Assembly: GCA_964584335.1 (NCBI GenBank)
Contig: CAZOZN010000001.1
Coordinates: forward strand, 179,882 to 243,881
Reading direction: 5' to 3'
Length of the DNA stretch: 64,000 nt
DNA from: an uncultured archaeon
GTDB lineage: Archaea; Aenigmatarchaeota; Aenigmatarchaeia; PWEA01; JAGHBM01
The notes under the pieces: model-generated
The model's database searches: none
Told to the model about the DNA's origin: nothing
Seen by the model: the letters and a program-made list of their open reading frames with translations, nothing else
Translations under genes and position numbers: made by a program
Shown: positions 10,032 to 22,500 of the stretch, one piece after another
Layout: each line of letters starts with the position of its first letter
Numbering within the stretch: position 1 is the stretch's first letter

Positions 10032-10078
10032 GATTGGGGGTTTGTCCCAATCACCTTTTATTTTATTTTTTTTGTTTT
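10032..10078 (+). terminator. Hairpin plus T-tract terminator
   Basis: GATTGGG-ggtttgt-CCCAATC followed by long T runs. Confidence 0.7.
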
Positions 10079-10178
10079 GAGGAAAAGAAGAGGCAAAATA
10101 TAATGGAAGAAAAAATGAAGAAAAAGATAAGTTTAAATACTTATGTATTCACTAAATAGTTATAACGGGGTGTATAAT

Positions 10179-11726
10179 TTGAAAGACAAAATTTTGTGCG
10201 GATTTATGTTAATATTTACTATTGTTTTTTTCTCAGCCAGTTCTATGGCTGATCTTGATATGGATATTAGTGTTGAGACTGACGGAGACGTCAACTACAC
10301 TCAAATAATAGCTGCAAACGGAAGTGTAATCAGCGAGCACAGCATATACGGAAGCGACTCAACTTTGATAGTCAACGGTGTTGACTGGACAGAGTACAAT
10401 CCTAATTTTATAAAGACAAGCGAGGGCTCCTGGTCAAAAGACAGGGGAATAGAAATGTACCAGATAGCCGAGGCATTCGAAAACATGGAAAAGTTCAGGA
10501 AAGGAGATACAAACGAGATAACAGAAGAGGAATATGAAATGCTTATTGCTTTGCTCGGAATTACTGACGAGCAGATAGGAGATTTTTACAATTCTCAGAT
10601 ATCGCCAACTTTGAAAAGCCATTACGACCAGATATCAAACAACATTTACGAAATAATGGCTCTTTACAGGACATTTGAAAAATTACATCCTGATGTTTAC
10701 TGCGAATCAAGAAAAGAGGTTATGAAGGAATACGGACTTAAGAGCGTAAAGTGCGGCCTTCACTCAAAGATATGCTACAACGGAGATTACTACACACAGG
10801 AACTCGGTGAGGATTACTGTATATACACAGACGACGGACATTCTGAAGACGGAATGAGCATTCACCTTGATTACATAAAGGTTTACAAGACAGACGAAAG
10901 CAACCTGATACCAATCGAGCTAAAGCTTTTCAACACAGGCGAAGAAACTTTGAAGCCTGTTATAAAGGTCGACCTAAAGAAATGGGAAAATGTCATAGGA
11001 CATTTTGAAAGGGAATTGGAAGAAGTTGAAGGAGAAAAAACTTACATGCTTGCCATGGATAACGGCGGTTTGAAAGCAGGAGATTATACCCTTAGAATAA
11101 CTATAGACTTGGACAGAAAGGAAATAAACAAAGATGTTGACTTTACTATCTTGCCTGACGGTTCAGTACCAAAGGAGGGAGAAATAGTTTCTTTTGATAT
11201 GAGAACAGGAGAATCAACATTAGATGCAATAATAGATGCAGAGATAAAGAACACTGGCGAATCACCAGCATCTTTCCAGACTTTGGCAAAAATTTACAGG
11301 GAAGGAGAACTTTTGGACGTTATAGAAACTGGAAAAGTTCTCATAATGCCAGAGGAATCAAGAAACTTTGAAATGAATTACAGGATAGAAGACTGGGGAG
11401 AATATCAGGTGGTTTTGAGTTCAGGAGAAAATATGGAAGAAGAGCTTTTGTTTGATGCAGTACCCAACACACCTACCGGAAGATTCATGAGCTCTCCAGG
11501 ATTCGGTGTAATATCATTTATGGCAATCTTGGTTCTGGGGCTTTACGGAGTAAGGTTTGTTTACCACAAGATTGACAGGAAAGGAACAGTAGAAGTTACA
11601 AAAACAAGAAGAAAAAAATCTTCTTCAAAGAAAAGAACAAGATGTGCCGCAAAAACCAAGAAAGGAAAGAGATGCAAGAACTACGCAAAAGGAAAATCGA
11701 AGTATTGCGGGGTTCATAAAAAATAA
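10179..11726 (+). CDS. Surface protein with Ig-like regions, single TM and cytoplasmic basic CCCH finger (DUF5763-like)
   Basis: Signal peptide; TTG start after GGGGTG; C-terminal TM then RCAAKTKKGKRCKN-----SKYCGVH. Confidence 0.75.
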   Translation: MKDKILCGFMLIFTIVFFSASSMADLDMDISVETDGDVNYTQIIAANGSVISEHSIYGSDSTLIVNGVDWTEYNPNFIKTSEGSWSKDRGIEMYQIAEAFENMEKFRKGDTNEITEEEYEMLIALLGITDEQIGDFYNSQISPTLKSHYDQISNNIYEIMALYRTFEKLHPDVYCESRKEVMKEYGLKSVKCGLHSKICYNGDYYTQELGEDYCIYTDDGHSEDGMSIHLDYIKVYKTDESNLIPIELKLFNTGEETLKPVIKVDLKKWENVIGHFERELEEVEGEKTYMLAMDNGGLKAGDYTLRITIDLDRKEINKDVDFTILPDGSVPKEGEIVSFDMRTGESTLDAIIDAEIKNTGESPASFQTLAKIYREGELLDVIETGKVLIMPEESRNFEMNYRIEDWGEYQVVLSSGENMEEELLFDAVPNTPTGRFMSSPGFGVISFMAILVLGLYGVRFVYHKIDRKGTVEVTKTRRKKSSSKKRTRCAAKTKKGKRCKNYAKGKSKYCGVHKK

Positions 11727-11788
11727 GCGCAAATGAAGCCTTCTAGGCTATAAATACTTTTGCGTATTAAATAATATGTGTGGGGGAT

Positions 11789-14700
11789 ATGAGTAAAAAA
11801 ATATTGTTTTTTATATCTATTTTTTTAACTATTTTTTTGTTTTCTAATTTTGCAATGTCTACAACGGAGGAAGGCTGCATAGCTATAGGCGATGAAAAAG
11901 TTGCCTGCGAACCTGAGCCGGAACCTTTATGTTGTCCGCCCACCACTATAACAACAACCACCGTAATTCCTGACGGTTGTGAACTTTTTGAATATACCCC
12001 AAACTACGGCAAGGATACCACAGGTTATCCGGACCCCGGAAATCATGTTTTAACTTCTTCAGAACTTAACAAGGTCAGCTCAAGCAACAACGTTCGTTAC
12101 CAGACAAATGAGTACTGGTGGGGCGGATCTTACGACGAAGACTTTTATTTGCTTTTTGACTTTCCCGAGAGCGGAGAGTCAGGTCTCATAGAAGACAGTG
12201 AACTTGAATTCGAGTTCAATACCGGCTGTTCAAACATAGACTACGCGAGGATACTTGTATGGGATAACGATGCCGGAACCTGGGTAACAAACAACCTGGA
12301 AGACCCATCAACCTCGGACAGGCTTGACGTGGTTGATACAAGTTCATACATAAACACATGGAGCGATGTTGACAACTTCAAGATTAAGTTCCAGGCTCAC
12401 AACGGTTATTGTGGCGGTGTAACAAATCATGACTTTGTAAATTTCAAGATTCTTGTGTGCGGTTGCGCTGACGACAGCGACTGCGATTATCTTGATGATG
12501 ATTATTGTTTGGGAAATTCTGTAATGCACGACGAAGGTGTTTGTGTTGATTATGAATGTAATGTAGAGACAACTTTGGAAGATAACTGTGATGATTACAA
12601 TGATGATTACTGCAGCGATGATTATCACTGGGTTCATCAGACAGGAAAGTGCATGGAAACAGAGGAAGATGCTCAATGTAATATAGCTTCATCTACTGGT
12701 GACTGCAGGGACGAATTCTGGTGCAACGGTGAGGAGGAATGTTACGAAGAGGCCGAAGAGGTCAGGTGTATAGACGTAGAACCGCCTGACTGCAATGACA
12801 ATGTTTCATGTACCGAGGATTCATGCAATGAAGAGTTGGACCAGTGTGATAACACACCGGTTGATTCAAACTGCCCTTGTGACGGATGGTTTGGCATAGG
12901 AGACCCTTACAGCTGTTGTGAAGGTGACTTGCTTTGCTCATGCCAGGATTTCGAGTTCTGGGATTATTTCTGTCATCCTCTAAATGACTGCCAATACAAT
13001 ATAACGGATACTGATACAACCACAAGCGATTGTATTGACTGCAATGATGATGACGGCTGGTATGACACAACTGATACGAGATGGGTTGACATAGACCAGT
13101 GCAACGAGAAGGAAGAGAGAAAAGAGGAATACAGGGATTATACTTGCACGGAGAACTGCGCAGCTTCATGCGATTACAGCATCACTGATGAGAGATGGGT
13201 TGAAACAGGCAACACCAGGACAAAGCCTGATGGAACACCTTGCGACGACGGACTTTTCTGTAATGTTGGAGAGGAGTGCCAGAGCGGTGATTGTACAGGT
13301 GGAACAGACAGAGACTGTTCTTGTAATGATGAACTTTTGGAAACCTGCCTTTACATACCGGACGGAATAGATTACACTTTTGATTTTTATGAATTCACCT
13401 CAGTCTGCGACGAGGACGAGGATGAATGCACCGGGCTTCCGCAGGACTGGGAGGATGATATAACCCATACCTGCAGCGTGGATACCTGCGGTGCGGAATG
13501 TGACGACACAAATCCATGCGAGGAAAAATGTGTCGGCGATACAAGATATTATTTGATTAACGAGGAGTGCCAGGCTGACTGTACCTGTGATTACGGAACT
13601 GAGAACTGTAACAATCATGATGATTGGTACGAAACGGGAAGCACAAGATGGGTAGACACCGGCGATTGTACTGAAAAAGAGCAGAAAGAAGAAGAGTACA
13701 GGGATTATTACTGTTACCTTCCTCCGGAAGGAGTTTCTTGTGATTATGATGTAACGGATTCAAAATGGACTGATACCGGAAATACAAGAGACAAACCTGA
13801 TGGGACATCCTGCAACGACGGACTTTTCTGCACTGTAGGAGACATATGTGAACAGGGAGCATGCACAGGAGGAACAGACAGAGACTGTTCTCATCTAGAA
13901 GACCAGTGCAACGATGGAATTTGTAACGAGGACTCGGACCAATGTGAGAAAGAACCTGCAAACGAGGGAACACCTTGCGACGACGGACTTTTCTGTAATG
14001 TTGGAGAGGAGTGCCAGAGCGGTGATTGTACAGGTGGAACAGACAGAGACTGTTCTTGTAATGATGAACTTTTGGAAACCTGCCTTTACATACCGGACGG
14101 AATAGATTACACTTTTGATTTTTATGAATTCACCTCAGTCTGCGACGAGGACGAGGATGAATGCACCGAAAAACCCAACGATTGGGAAGACGACATAACT
14201 CACGACTGCAGCATAAGTGAGTGCGGTGCGGAATGTGAGGAAGGAAACCAGGGAAGCTGCCCTGACGAAGAAGACAGGTGTACCGGTCCTTACTACCAGG
14301 AAAGATTTTACTCCGGCTGCAGTGACGTATGCACTTGCGAATACGGGGACTGGTCTGACGGGTATTGTGATTTCGACTGCGATGCAAACTGCGAAGTAGA
14401 TGATGATTGCCCGGATAACGAGTGCAGCGAAACTTATAATGATTATTGTAACGGAAACAAACTTGTAGAATATGACAACGACAAGATTATTGATTCAACA
14501 ACTGTTGAAGATTTTGCCGAGGGAATGTGCAATATCGATTGTGACTGTGCGGCAGGAGAAGTTGATTGCTCTCCTCCAGATACAAACACATACTGTGTAA
14601 AGGATTTATGCGGTGCGGAATGTGACAGCGACGACGACTGCGATTCCGGAGTTTGTTTGGATAACTGTATGTGCGAACAGGAGTGCGAGATAACAGTTGA

Positions 14701-16339
14701 CTCCTACTCATGCGAATATGATGATTTATTGGACAGATGGGTTCTTAACGCCTCAGCTTCCTGGAACACTTATGCTGGAGACCATGCACACCTGTACATG
14801 GAATGTTTCGGTTTGAACGGTTCAAAATACTACTCACCCTTTAGCAGAGAAGTTTTTTATGATATTCCGGGCACTTACACGGTGCAGGGAATAGTTCATG
14901 ATGTTTTCCATTTCGAATTGTGCTCAAGCGATGAAGTAGAGGTGGTTTGCGAACAGACGACAACTACAACCACGACAATTCCGACAACCACTTCAACTGT
15001 GGAAACAACTACCACGACAGAAACCACAGTTTCCACAACCTCAACCGTAGATACTACCACAACAACAGAAACATCTGTTTCAACAACAACCGTAGACACC
15101 ACCTCAACCGTTGATACAACATCCACAACAACTACGATAATTACTGATGACACGGACGGAGACGGAGTTAACGATGGAGAGGATAACTGTCCCGAAGTTT
15201 CAAACCCCGACCAGACAGACACGGACGGCGACGGAATAGGAGACGCTTGCGACGATTATCCAAACGACCAGGACAACGACGGATGGAACGAGACAGAAGA
15301 CAATTGTCCTTCTGTGCCAAATCCGGGCCAGGCTGATACAGATAGTGACGGATTAGGAGATGCTTGTGACAACTGCCCAGAGATTTCAAATCCTGGCCAG
15401 GAAAACAACGACGGCGATTCCATGGGAGATGCCTGTGACAGCGACGACGATAATGATGGCATACCGGACGAGGAAGATACCGGCCCGATGGAAGAAGATT
15501 ACAGCAAAGACCACGATAACGACGGAATACCTGACGACAGCGATCCAGACGACGATAACGACGGAATACCGGACGAGGAAGATACCGGACCAATGGGAGA
15601 GGATTATCATTATGACAAGGACAACGACGGCTCAAACGATGCAGAGGACTGTGATGATGAAAATCCGGATGTATACCCCGGAGCTGCGGAAATCTGCGAT
15701 AACGGAATAGACGACGACTGCGACGGTAAGACTGACAGCGCTGACGAAGAATGCCAGACCACCACCACTGTTGGAGGAGGAGGCGGAGGAAGCACCAGAA
15801 GTTACAGCACTCCTCAGGTAGTTTGCGGAAACGGTGTATGCGAAGCCGGAGAGAACAAATGCAATTGTGAAGAAGACTGCGACTGGGTAATGGAATGTGA
15901 TCTTTGCGAAGAGAATGCATGCCAGCCCAGATGCGAAGGCTGCTCTTACATGGAAGAGGTCTGCAAGCCGGTAACACCGTGCTGCGGAAATGATGTTTGC
16001 GAGGAAGGAGAAGACTATGCTACCTGTTCCGACTGCGAGAGACCTGCTGATACAGATGGTGATGGCGAAGACGGTTTTTCCTACTTCGAAGAGAATGAGT
16101 CGATGAGCTTTGAGGGCGAACTCGGAGATGAAGAAACGGGAGGTACAGGATTCGTTATAGGCTCACCGGGAACCATAGTAGCCGGTTTGTTTTTGATAAT
16201 ACTTCTTGTGCTTGGATACCTGGCGTGGGAAAAGAAATGGATATTTGCAGAGAAGGGAGCGGAATCGACACAAACTTCTCAGCAGGAAACCAGCTCCAAC
16301 AGCGGAGAAACTGACGATTTTGCTAATTTCTTTTTGTAA
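11789..16339 (+). CDS. Giant Cys/Asp-rich surface protein (Dictyostelium-type CTDC repeats, thrombospondin type 3 repeats, MopE-like motif, Thr linkers, C-terminal TM)
   Basis: CNDNVSCTEDSC; CDDGLFC--GE-C--G-C repeats; DTDGDGV-D--DNCP-VSNPDQ-DTDGDG-GDACD; DCDD-NP-VYPGA-EICDNGIDDDCDG; CGNGVCE-GE. Confidence 0.85.
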   Translation: MSKKILFFISIFLTIFLFSNFAMSTTEEGCIAIGDEKVACEPEPEPLCCPPTTITTTTVIPDGCELFEYTPNYGKDTTGYPDPGNHVLTSSELNKVSSSNNVRYQTNEYWWGGSYDEDFYLLFDFPESGESGLIEDSELEFEFNTGCSNIDYARILVWDNDAGTWVTNNLEDPSTSDRLDVVDTSSYINTWSDVDNFKIKFQAHNGYCGGVTNHDFVNFKILVCGCADDSDCDYLDDDYCLGNSVMHDEGVCVDYECNVETTLEDNCDDYNDDYCSDDYHWVHQTGKCMETEEDAQCNIASSTGDCRDEFWCNGEEECYEEAEEVRCIDVEPPDCNDNVSCTEDSCNEELDQCDNTPVDSNCPCDGWFGIGDPYSCCEGDLLCSCQDFEFWDYFCHPLNDCQYNITDTDTTTSDCIDCNDDDGWYDTTDTRWVDIDQCNEKEERKEEYRDYTCTENCAASCDYSITDERWVETGNTRTKPDGTPCDDGLFCNVGEECQSGDCTGGTDRDCSCNDELLETCLYIPDGIDYTFDFYEFTSVCDEDEDECTGLPQDWEDDITHTCSVDTCGAECDDTNPCEEKCVGDTRYYLINEECQADCTCDYGTENCNNHDDWYETGSTRWVDTGDCTEKEQKEEEYRDYYCYLPPEGVSCDYDVTDSKWTDTGNTRDKPDGTSCNDGLFCTVGDICEQGACTGGTDRDCSHLEDQCNDGICNEDSDQCEKEPANEGTPCDDGLFCNVGEECQSGDCTGGTDRDCSCNDELLETCLYIPDGIDYTFDFYEFTSVCDEDEDECTEKPNDWEDDITHDCSISECGAECEEGNQGSCPDEEDRCTGPYYQERFYSGCSDVCTCEYGDWSDGYCDFDCDANCEVDDDCPDNECSETYNDYCNGNKLVEYDNDKIIDSTTVEDFAEGMCNIDCDCAAGEVDCSPPDTNTYCVKDLCGAECDSDDDCDSGVCLDNCMCEQECEITVDSYSCEYDDLLDRWVLNASASWNTYAGDHAHLYMECFGLNGSKYYSPFSREVFYDIPGTYTVQGIVHDVFHFELCSSDEVEVVCEQTTTTTTTIPTTTSTVETTTTTETTVSTTSTVDTTTTTETSVSTTTVDTTSTVDTTSTTTTIITDDTDGDGVNDGEDNCPEVSNPDQTDTDGDGIGDACDDYPNDQDNDGWNETEDNCPSVPNPGQADTDSDGLGDACDNCPEISNPGQENNDGDSMGDACDSDDDNDGIPDEEDTGPMEEDYSKDHDNDGIPDDSDPDDDNDGIPDEEDTGPMGEDYHYDKDNDGSNDAEDCDDENPDVYPGAAEICDNGIDDDCDGKTDSADEECQTTTTVGGGGGGSTRSYSTPQVVCGNGVCEAGENKCNCEEDCDWVMECDLCEENACQPRCEGCSYMEEVCKPVTPCCGNDVCEEGEDYATCSDCERPADTDGDGEDGFSYFEENESMSFEGELGDEETGGTGFVIGSPGTIVAGLFLIILLVLGYLAWEKKWIFAEKGAESTQTSQQETSSNSGETDDFANFFL
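13232..14168 (+). repeat. Exact 202-bp intragenic direct repeat (13232-13433 and 13967-14168)
   Basis: Base-by-base identity from GGAACACCTTGCGAC to GATGAATGCACCG; offset 735 bp, in frame. Confidence 0.92.
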
Positions 16340-16523
16340 TTTTTTTGTTTCTCTCTTTTTTGTTTTTGCTTTAGTTTCTTATCTAAATTGTTGATTTTTC
16401 GACAGTTAACGAAAAGTATTTAACCTTTCAACTGTTTACCGACAAGTGACAATACCATATTATAAATACTTACCAATTCTTATTCTTACTACTTAATTTA
16501 ATAAAATATCGGGGTGATGTCAT

Positions 16524-19500
16524 TTGAAAATTTTAAAGAATTTTCTAAATAAAACCAAAAATTTTAACTCTTTTAACAAGCTATTTGTTGTTTTTATGTT
16601 CACCCTGATACTTACCCTCTCTAGCGGTAGCTATAGCGTTTTAGCTGACCATGATAGTGTAGCGGAACTTCAGCCAGAATGGTCTGCATCTGGAGAAACG
16701 ATGGATTACACAGTTGAAATAACTAACAACGGACCAGATGTAATAGATGAAGTAAGAATCTATAATAATGAAAATTATGAGAATTTTGATTGTGAGAATA
16801 AAACCGGATGGGAGCTATATTACATTTCAGTTCTGGATGCTTGCTTCTACGTTGAAAATGGAGATACAATACCGGACGGAGAAAGCGATGTTTTTGAATT
16901 CTCTGCTATGACTTCAGTTGATCCGGAAGACACATGTCAGCTTGAATGGAAATTTGAAACCAGGGATGAAAACGAGGAATGGAAATTTATTTACGATTAT
17001 ACAAGCATCGACAGCAAGAAACCTGAACTAGATAAACAAGTCGGAGAACCTTTCATAAATTGTACTTTAAACCCAGAACATTGCGATGGAGATTATGATG
17101 GATGGGTGACTCAAGACACAATAATAACAATTCAAGTTAATGATGATTTTCCAGAAACAAATTGTGATAGTGGAATAACTTACTGCTATTCTACAATTAA
17201 ATTGGATGGAGATGTCATAGAATCCATTACTTATGGCAACGGAGACCCTGTAATGCAGATGGGTTGGGAAGTTGATTTTGATGAAGATTCCAACCACGAA
17301 CTAAACATAACATGCGTTGACTTGGCAGGTAATATCATGGAAGATATAGAGACTTTCAAGGTTGACGACAAGGAACCTGAAACAGACAAAGATTTTAGTG
17401 AACCAATGAAAATTGACGGTCTTGTAGAATGGATTGACACTTTCACCGAAATAACATTTGATCCAGTAGACCCAGACCACACCGGAGAGGGTTGCGCCAT
17501 AGGCGTTGACAAGACATGGTACAGAAACGACCTAGCAAACGAACTTGTTATGGTTGGAGAAAATTCAGAAGAATTATGTTACCAGCCGGATCAATACTGC
17601 AATGAAGGAGAACTGGGATTTGTAGAGACACCATACGAACAGGAAGCATATGATGGATGTATAGATTACTGGCAGGTTTGGTGCCAAGACAACTGGGATT
17701 CCGAGTATTCAAGCTGGGAACAATGTGTGGAAGAAAACGTCCACGGAATGTGGGATCCACCAGGAATGCTTGGCTGTATGGTATATGAAGAATGGAAATT
17801 GTGGGATGGAAACCCAATCCAGAAACCCGACGAATCCTGCCACGTTTTGCAGTACTTCAGCGTGGACCACCTCGGAAACATTGAAGATACGCAATACAAC
17901 TGCTTCTTCGTGGACAAGACCATACCTAAATTGGAAAAGACACACGATGAGTCAGCTGTTGAAGACGAGGACATGGATTCTTTCCCAGAAACGGATGGAA
18001 TATTCCACTGGGTAAATTACGACACAGATATAGATTTTAAGTGTGAGGATCAGGACCCACACCCATCAGGAGACGAAAGAGTATGTTTCAAAATTTCTTT
18101 TGACGGAGACGAGCCCTGGTTAACTGAAGAATACTGTGCAGACTACTATCCGGAGGGAGAGATACTTGATTTGGACCCTGGATGTGGTGAACAGTGCAAA
18201 TATTGTTGTGTTGATGTAGACGGAAACAACGAATTTGTATTTAATTTTTATGAGGAGTCAATGCATGACTTGCATTACTTCTGCGAGGACGCGGTTTGGA
18301 AAGGAAGACCGGGACACGGAATAGACGAACCTCACTTGCAATATTATAGAGTAGATAACACACCACCAAACATAACTAAGACAATGCTTGGCGACGAAGG
18401 AATGGAGTGGATTGGAGATTGTCCTCCGCAAAGTCCGAGCGACGAATGTTATGTAAAAGGCGGTAGCGGAGTACATGTAGATGTAACAGACCCTGACACG
18501 ACAGGAATGGGCTGCGCATCCGACGACGTTTACTGTGAATATGAAGTATGGTGGGAAGGAAGCGTGATTGACGAAGGAGACTTCGGAGAAGAGGGAATCG
18601 ATATAATCTTTGACGAAGATTCCGAACACATTTTAAAGATAAACTGCTGGGACGCTTTGGATAACGAAATGGGAATGGACGAAGAGACATTCCTTGTTGA
18701 CATGGAGCCACCTGAAACAACAAAGATGTACGGCGAGCCTTATAAGATTGAACCGGGTTGTGCACAAGGTTGTATTGATTTCTGTATGGGCGAAGTTCCA
18801 GAGGATGATTGGGACGAGTGTATACATGACTGCCAGCACGAACGCTGCACATGGTGGATAAACTCAAGCACAGAAGTTTCACTTTCAGCGGAAGACGAAA
18901 AGGTAGGAACAAAAGAAACTTATTGGAGAAACCTTTACTTCCCAGAAAACCACGAGATGTGTTACCACGAAAATATTGTTCCAGTAGGAGACGTGGAGGT
19001 ACAAGTAATAGAAGATTCATGTCACCCTGATTATTACACTGGTCTAGATGATTATGACGACAGTGTGGAATGGAACAATTACAGCGAGACCGGACCATTT
19101 ACAAAATCACCCGAGTCTTGCCATGTAATAGAATATTATTCTGTAGACGAATTCGGAAACGAAGAGCCTCTAAGATGGCAGTGTGTTTTTGTTGATAACA
19201 CAGGCCCAGAGGCAATAAAAGAGGTTGGTGAACCAAAGATACCATGCACACCTCCTGTAACTACAACCACAGTAGATACGACAACTACTATAATCACAGA
19301 GCCAATTTGTGTTGGAACACCAAACAATGAGGCATGTAATGCATACGACGAATCACAGTGTGTTGCAATTCCTGGATGCAGTTGGTTACCAGGAACAGAC
19401 TGTGCAGGTTACACTTCAGGAGGCCAGGGAATGTGTGAATCTTTCCCAGGATGTGAATGGTGTCCTGTTGAAAATGTATGCACAGGAACAACCGGCGAGA

Positions 19501-22500
19501 CATGTACTGGAACACCTGAATCTTGCGAAGCTGCGGCATCTAACTGGCCAAGCGACCCGGAGGCAAAGTGCTTGGAAACATCTGGCTGCGATTGGATTAT
19601 GCCTTTGACTGGTGAATACAGAGAAGAAGGAGATACGTTTGAAGGACCTTTGACAGCACCTTTAGGCAACGGAATTTGCTCGGGTGCAACCCAGACCAGT
19701 CAGTGTGCTTACGTAGCATCAAACTCTTTGCCACCTTATGCATACGATACATTGGTAGCACAGGGCGCTGACCCAAGCTTGCTTGACCAGGGATGTGGAG
19801 ATATATTAATATTATCTTCAGGGAATCCATTAGACAGTGATACACATATCAGTACTGGTATGAATAATCCTGGTTGTGGACCCGGTGGAGCAGAAACAAA
19901 CCCGGATGGACAGCCTACACACGACTGCGTAGATCTTACTTATTCTCCATCTGGAGACAGTGTTGTTTTGGCTGTATCATCTGAATGGCCAGAATATTAT
20001 GAGTCAATAACGGACTGGATGAGAATAGGAGGAATTGTTGATGTGTCAATCAACGACTGGGAGCCTGATGTAAACCCTGACGATGGAGTACCAGACCAGC
20101 CATACCAGGACGTTGTAGACATACCTTACACACCATCCATATCAGGAACAATAACTTTGGCTACATTGGGACAAGGTCAGCAGGTAGACTTGAGAGTTGC
20201 TGATTCTTTGGACTATATATATGACACGGCAATGATTGTAGTACCATTGTCCTGTTATGAAGAGGGTCCCGAACCGATATTGTGTGGAAACGGAGAAGTT
20301 GAGCCGGGAGAAGAGTGTGACGACGGTAACCAACAAAATGGAGACGGTTGTTCAGCTCAATGTTTGATTGAGGACGAAGGACTGCCAGAATGCTGGTGGG
20401 TAAGAGACGACAATTTCCAGGAAGGAACTCCAATATTGCTTGACTGTGACGACAGCTGGAACGGAACAGCAGACCATCCGGTCGACCAGGAATGGGGTTG
20501 CTTCAGGGTTTCATTTGACGAAGAACCTTGGTTGACGGAGGAATACTGTCAGGAAGCATCAGATGCTGGAAGAACCGTTAAGATGCCTGCAACAGAAGAT
20601 GATTGGTGTTGCATATACTTCGGAGAAGAAGAACCTTACATATTCAGCTTCCACGAAGATTCGGTACACGACTTGGAATTTTACTGTGTAGACCATCTTA
20701 AAAACAAAGGCCCATTGGACTTTGAATGGTTTAGAGTAGATTCCACAGCCCCGAACGTAACAAAGGTTTTAAGTGAACCATACTACGGCGAATGTCCACC
20801 AGAACCGGACAGTGAAGATGAATGCTACGTGGACACGGCAACAGAAATAACGCTTGACATAGAAGACGGCGGGCCAATTTGTGCCGTAGGTGATGTAGAG
20901 TGCAGGTGGAGATACAGAGTAATGCCTGGTTTAGAAAATGGATTTGAACCATTGAAAGTAACACCTACTTTGTGGTCACAGTGGTTCAATTATACCGAAG
21001 AAGAACCAATAATATTCCCAGAAGAATGTTACCACGAACTTCAAATAGAGTGCTGGGATGCTCTAGGAAACATGTGGACAGACGAAGAATATTTCATAGT
21101 AGATAAAACACCACCAGAAATAACAAAAGAATACGGTGAACCAAAACACAAAGGCTATGGTCCTGGAGAAGAAGAAACAGAGACTAGGACCATGGGTTCC
21201 AAAGGCTGGGGAGGAAATTACTTCGATTTCACTGAAGTTTGGGAATGCGAAGGAGACGACTACTTTGGCTGGAATCCAATTAAGGTAGACAGGATATATC
21301 ACGAGAATTGCGACACCGAATTCGTGATTGAAGCTCCGACATCGGGAATAGAAAATGCCCCAGGAAACTTCTGGGTAGAGATAGATGTCGATAACAGTGG
21401 CGACAAGAGTCCCGGGGACTGGCAGTTCAGCTGGCACGAGGACGAAACTGAAAGAGTACCTACAGACAGCCACTGGGGTTACAGGTACATCAAACCTGAT
21501 TCATCCTGGAGCGACTGGCAGGAACCACTACCAGACTGGCTTGAGTTCAGCAAGAGCGGTGAAACATTCCATGTAATGGTAGACAGCGACTACCTAGGAA
21601 ACAAGAACGGAATGAAAGACGACTGCGGACTTGGATACGGATTTGCCCTTTTCATGGTAATACCGGACGAGGGATTCCCGCAAGGGGTTTGCGATCCAGG
21701 AAACAGCTGGCCAGGAGAGGCGGTTATAATACCGGTTCAGTCAGATGGATACTTTGTAGAAGGTATTCTAGGTTCGCCGATATGGTGGATTAATTCAAAC
21801 ACACTGATAAACGTCAGTGCAGTTGACCCAGAACCTCACCCATCGGGATTGAAAGAATTGAATTACAGGTTTGATATGGTTGACGACAGGTATTGTAACG
21901 GTACCTGGGATTGCGAAGATGCTGAAGTAGAAGAAGGAGTATCTTGGAAAACATACACAGGTGAGTTCAACATACCTGAAGAATCCTGCCACTTGATTGA
22001 AATTAATGCAAAAGATAATGTGGACAAGGAATCCTACCATAAACAGTGTGTGTTTGTTGATACATCAGACCCTGTAACAAACAAGACAGTGGGAATACCA
22101 AAAAGTCCATGGGATGGAATGGGAGCTTACGAAGGAGAGTATCAGGAAGCAGAAGATTACTGTACAGCTCCTGGATTGTGTTGGAGAATTACTGAAATGA
22201 CTCCAATATTCCTGAACTGCGAAGATCCAGACCCACACCCATCAAACCATGCTCAGATATACTACAGGACATGGTGGGACAATACAGGAAACTGGACTGA
22301 CTGGAGTACGGTTCCGGAAGGAAGCGCAATTTACCTAAACGGAGAATGCTTCCACAAGCTTGAATACTACTGTGTTGATGCAGTAAATAATACAGGAGAA
22401 CCAGACTTGGAATACTTCAAGGTAGAAGGCTCCAGGTTTGAAATACCAATATTCAAGAAATGGAACTTGATATCAGTGCCTTTCGAGCTGTTTGATTCAG

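Noticed and set aside
13232-14168. Diversity-generating retroelement TR/VR pair
   Set aside because: The copies are identical with no adenine-specific mismatches, both are in frame within one gene, and no reverse transcriptase is present.
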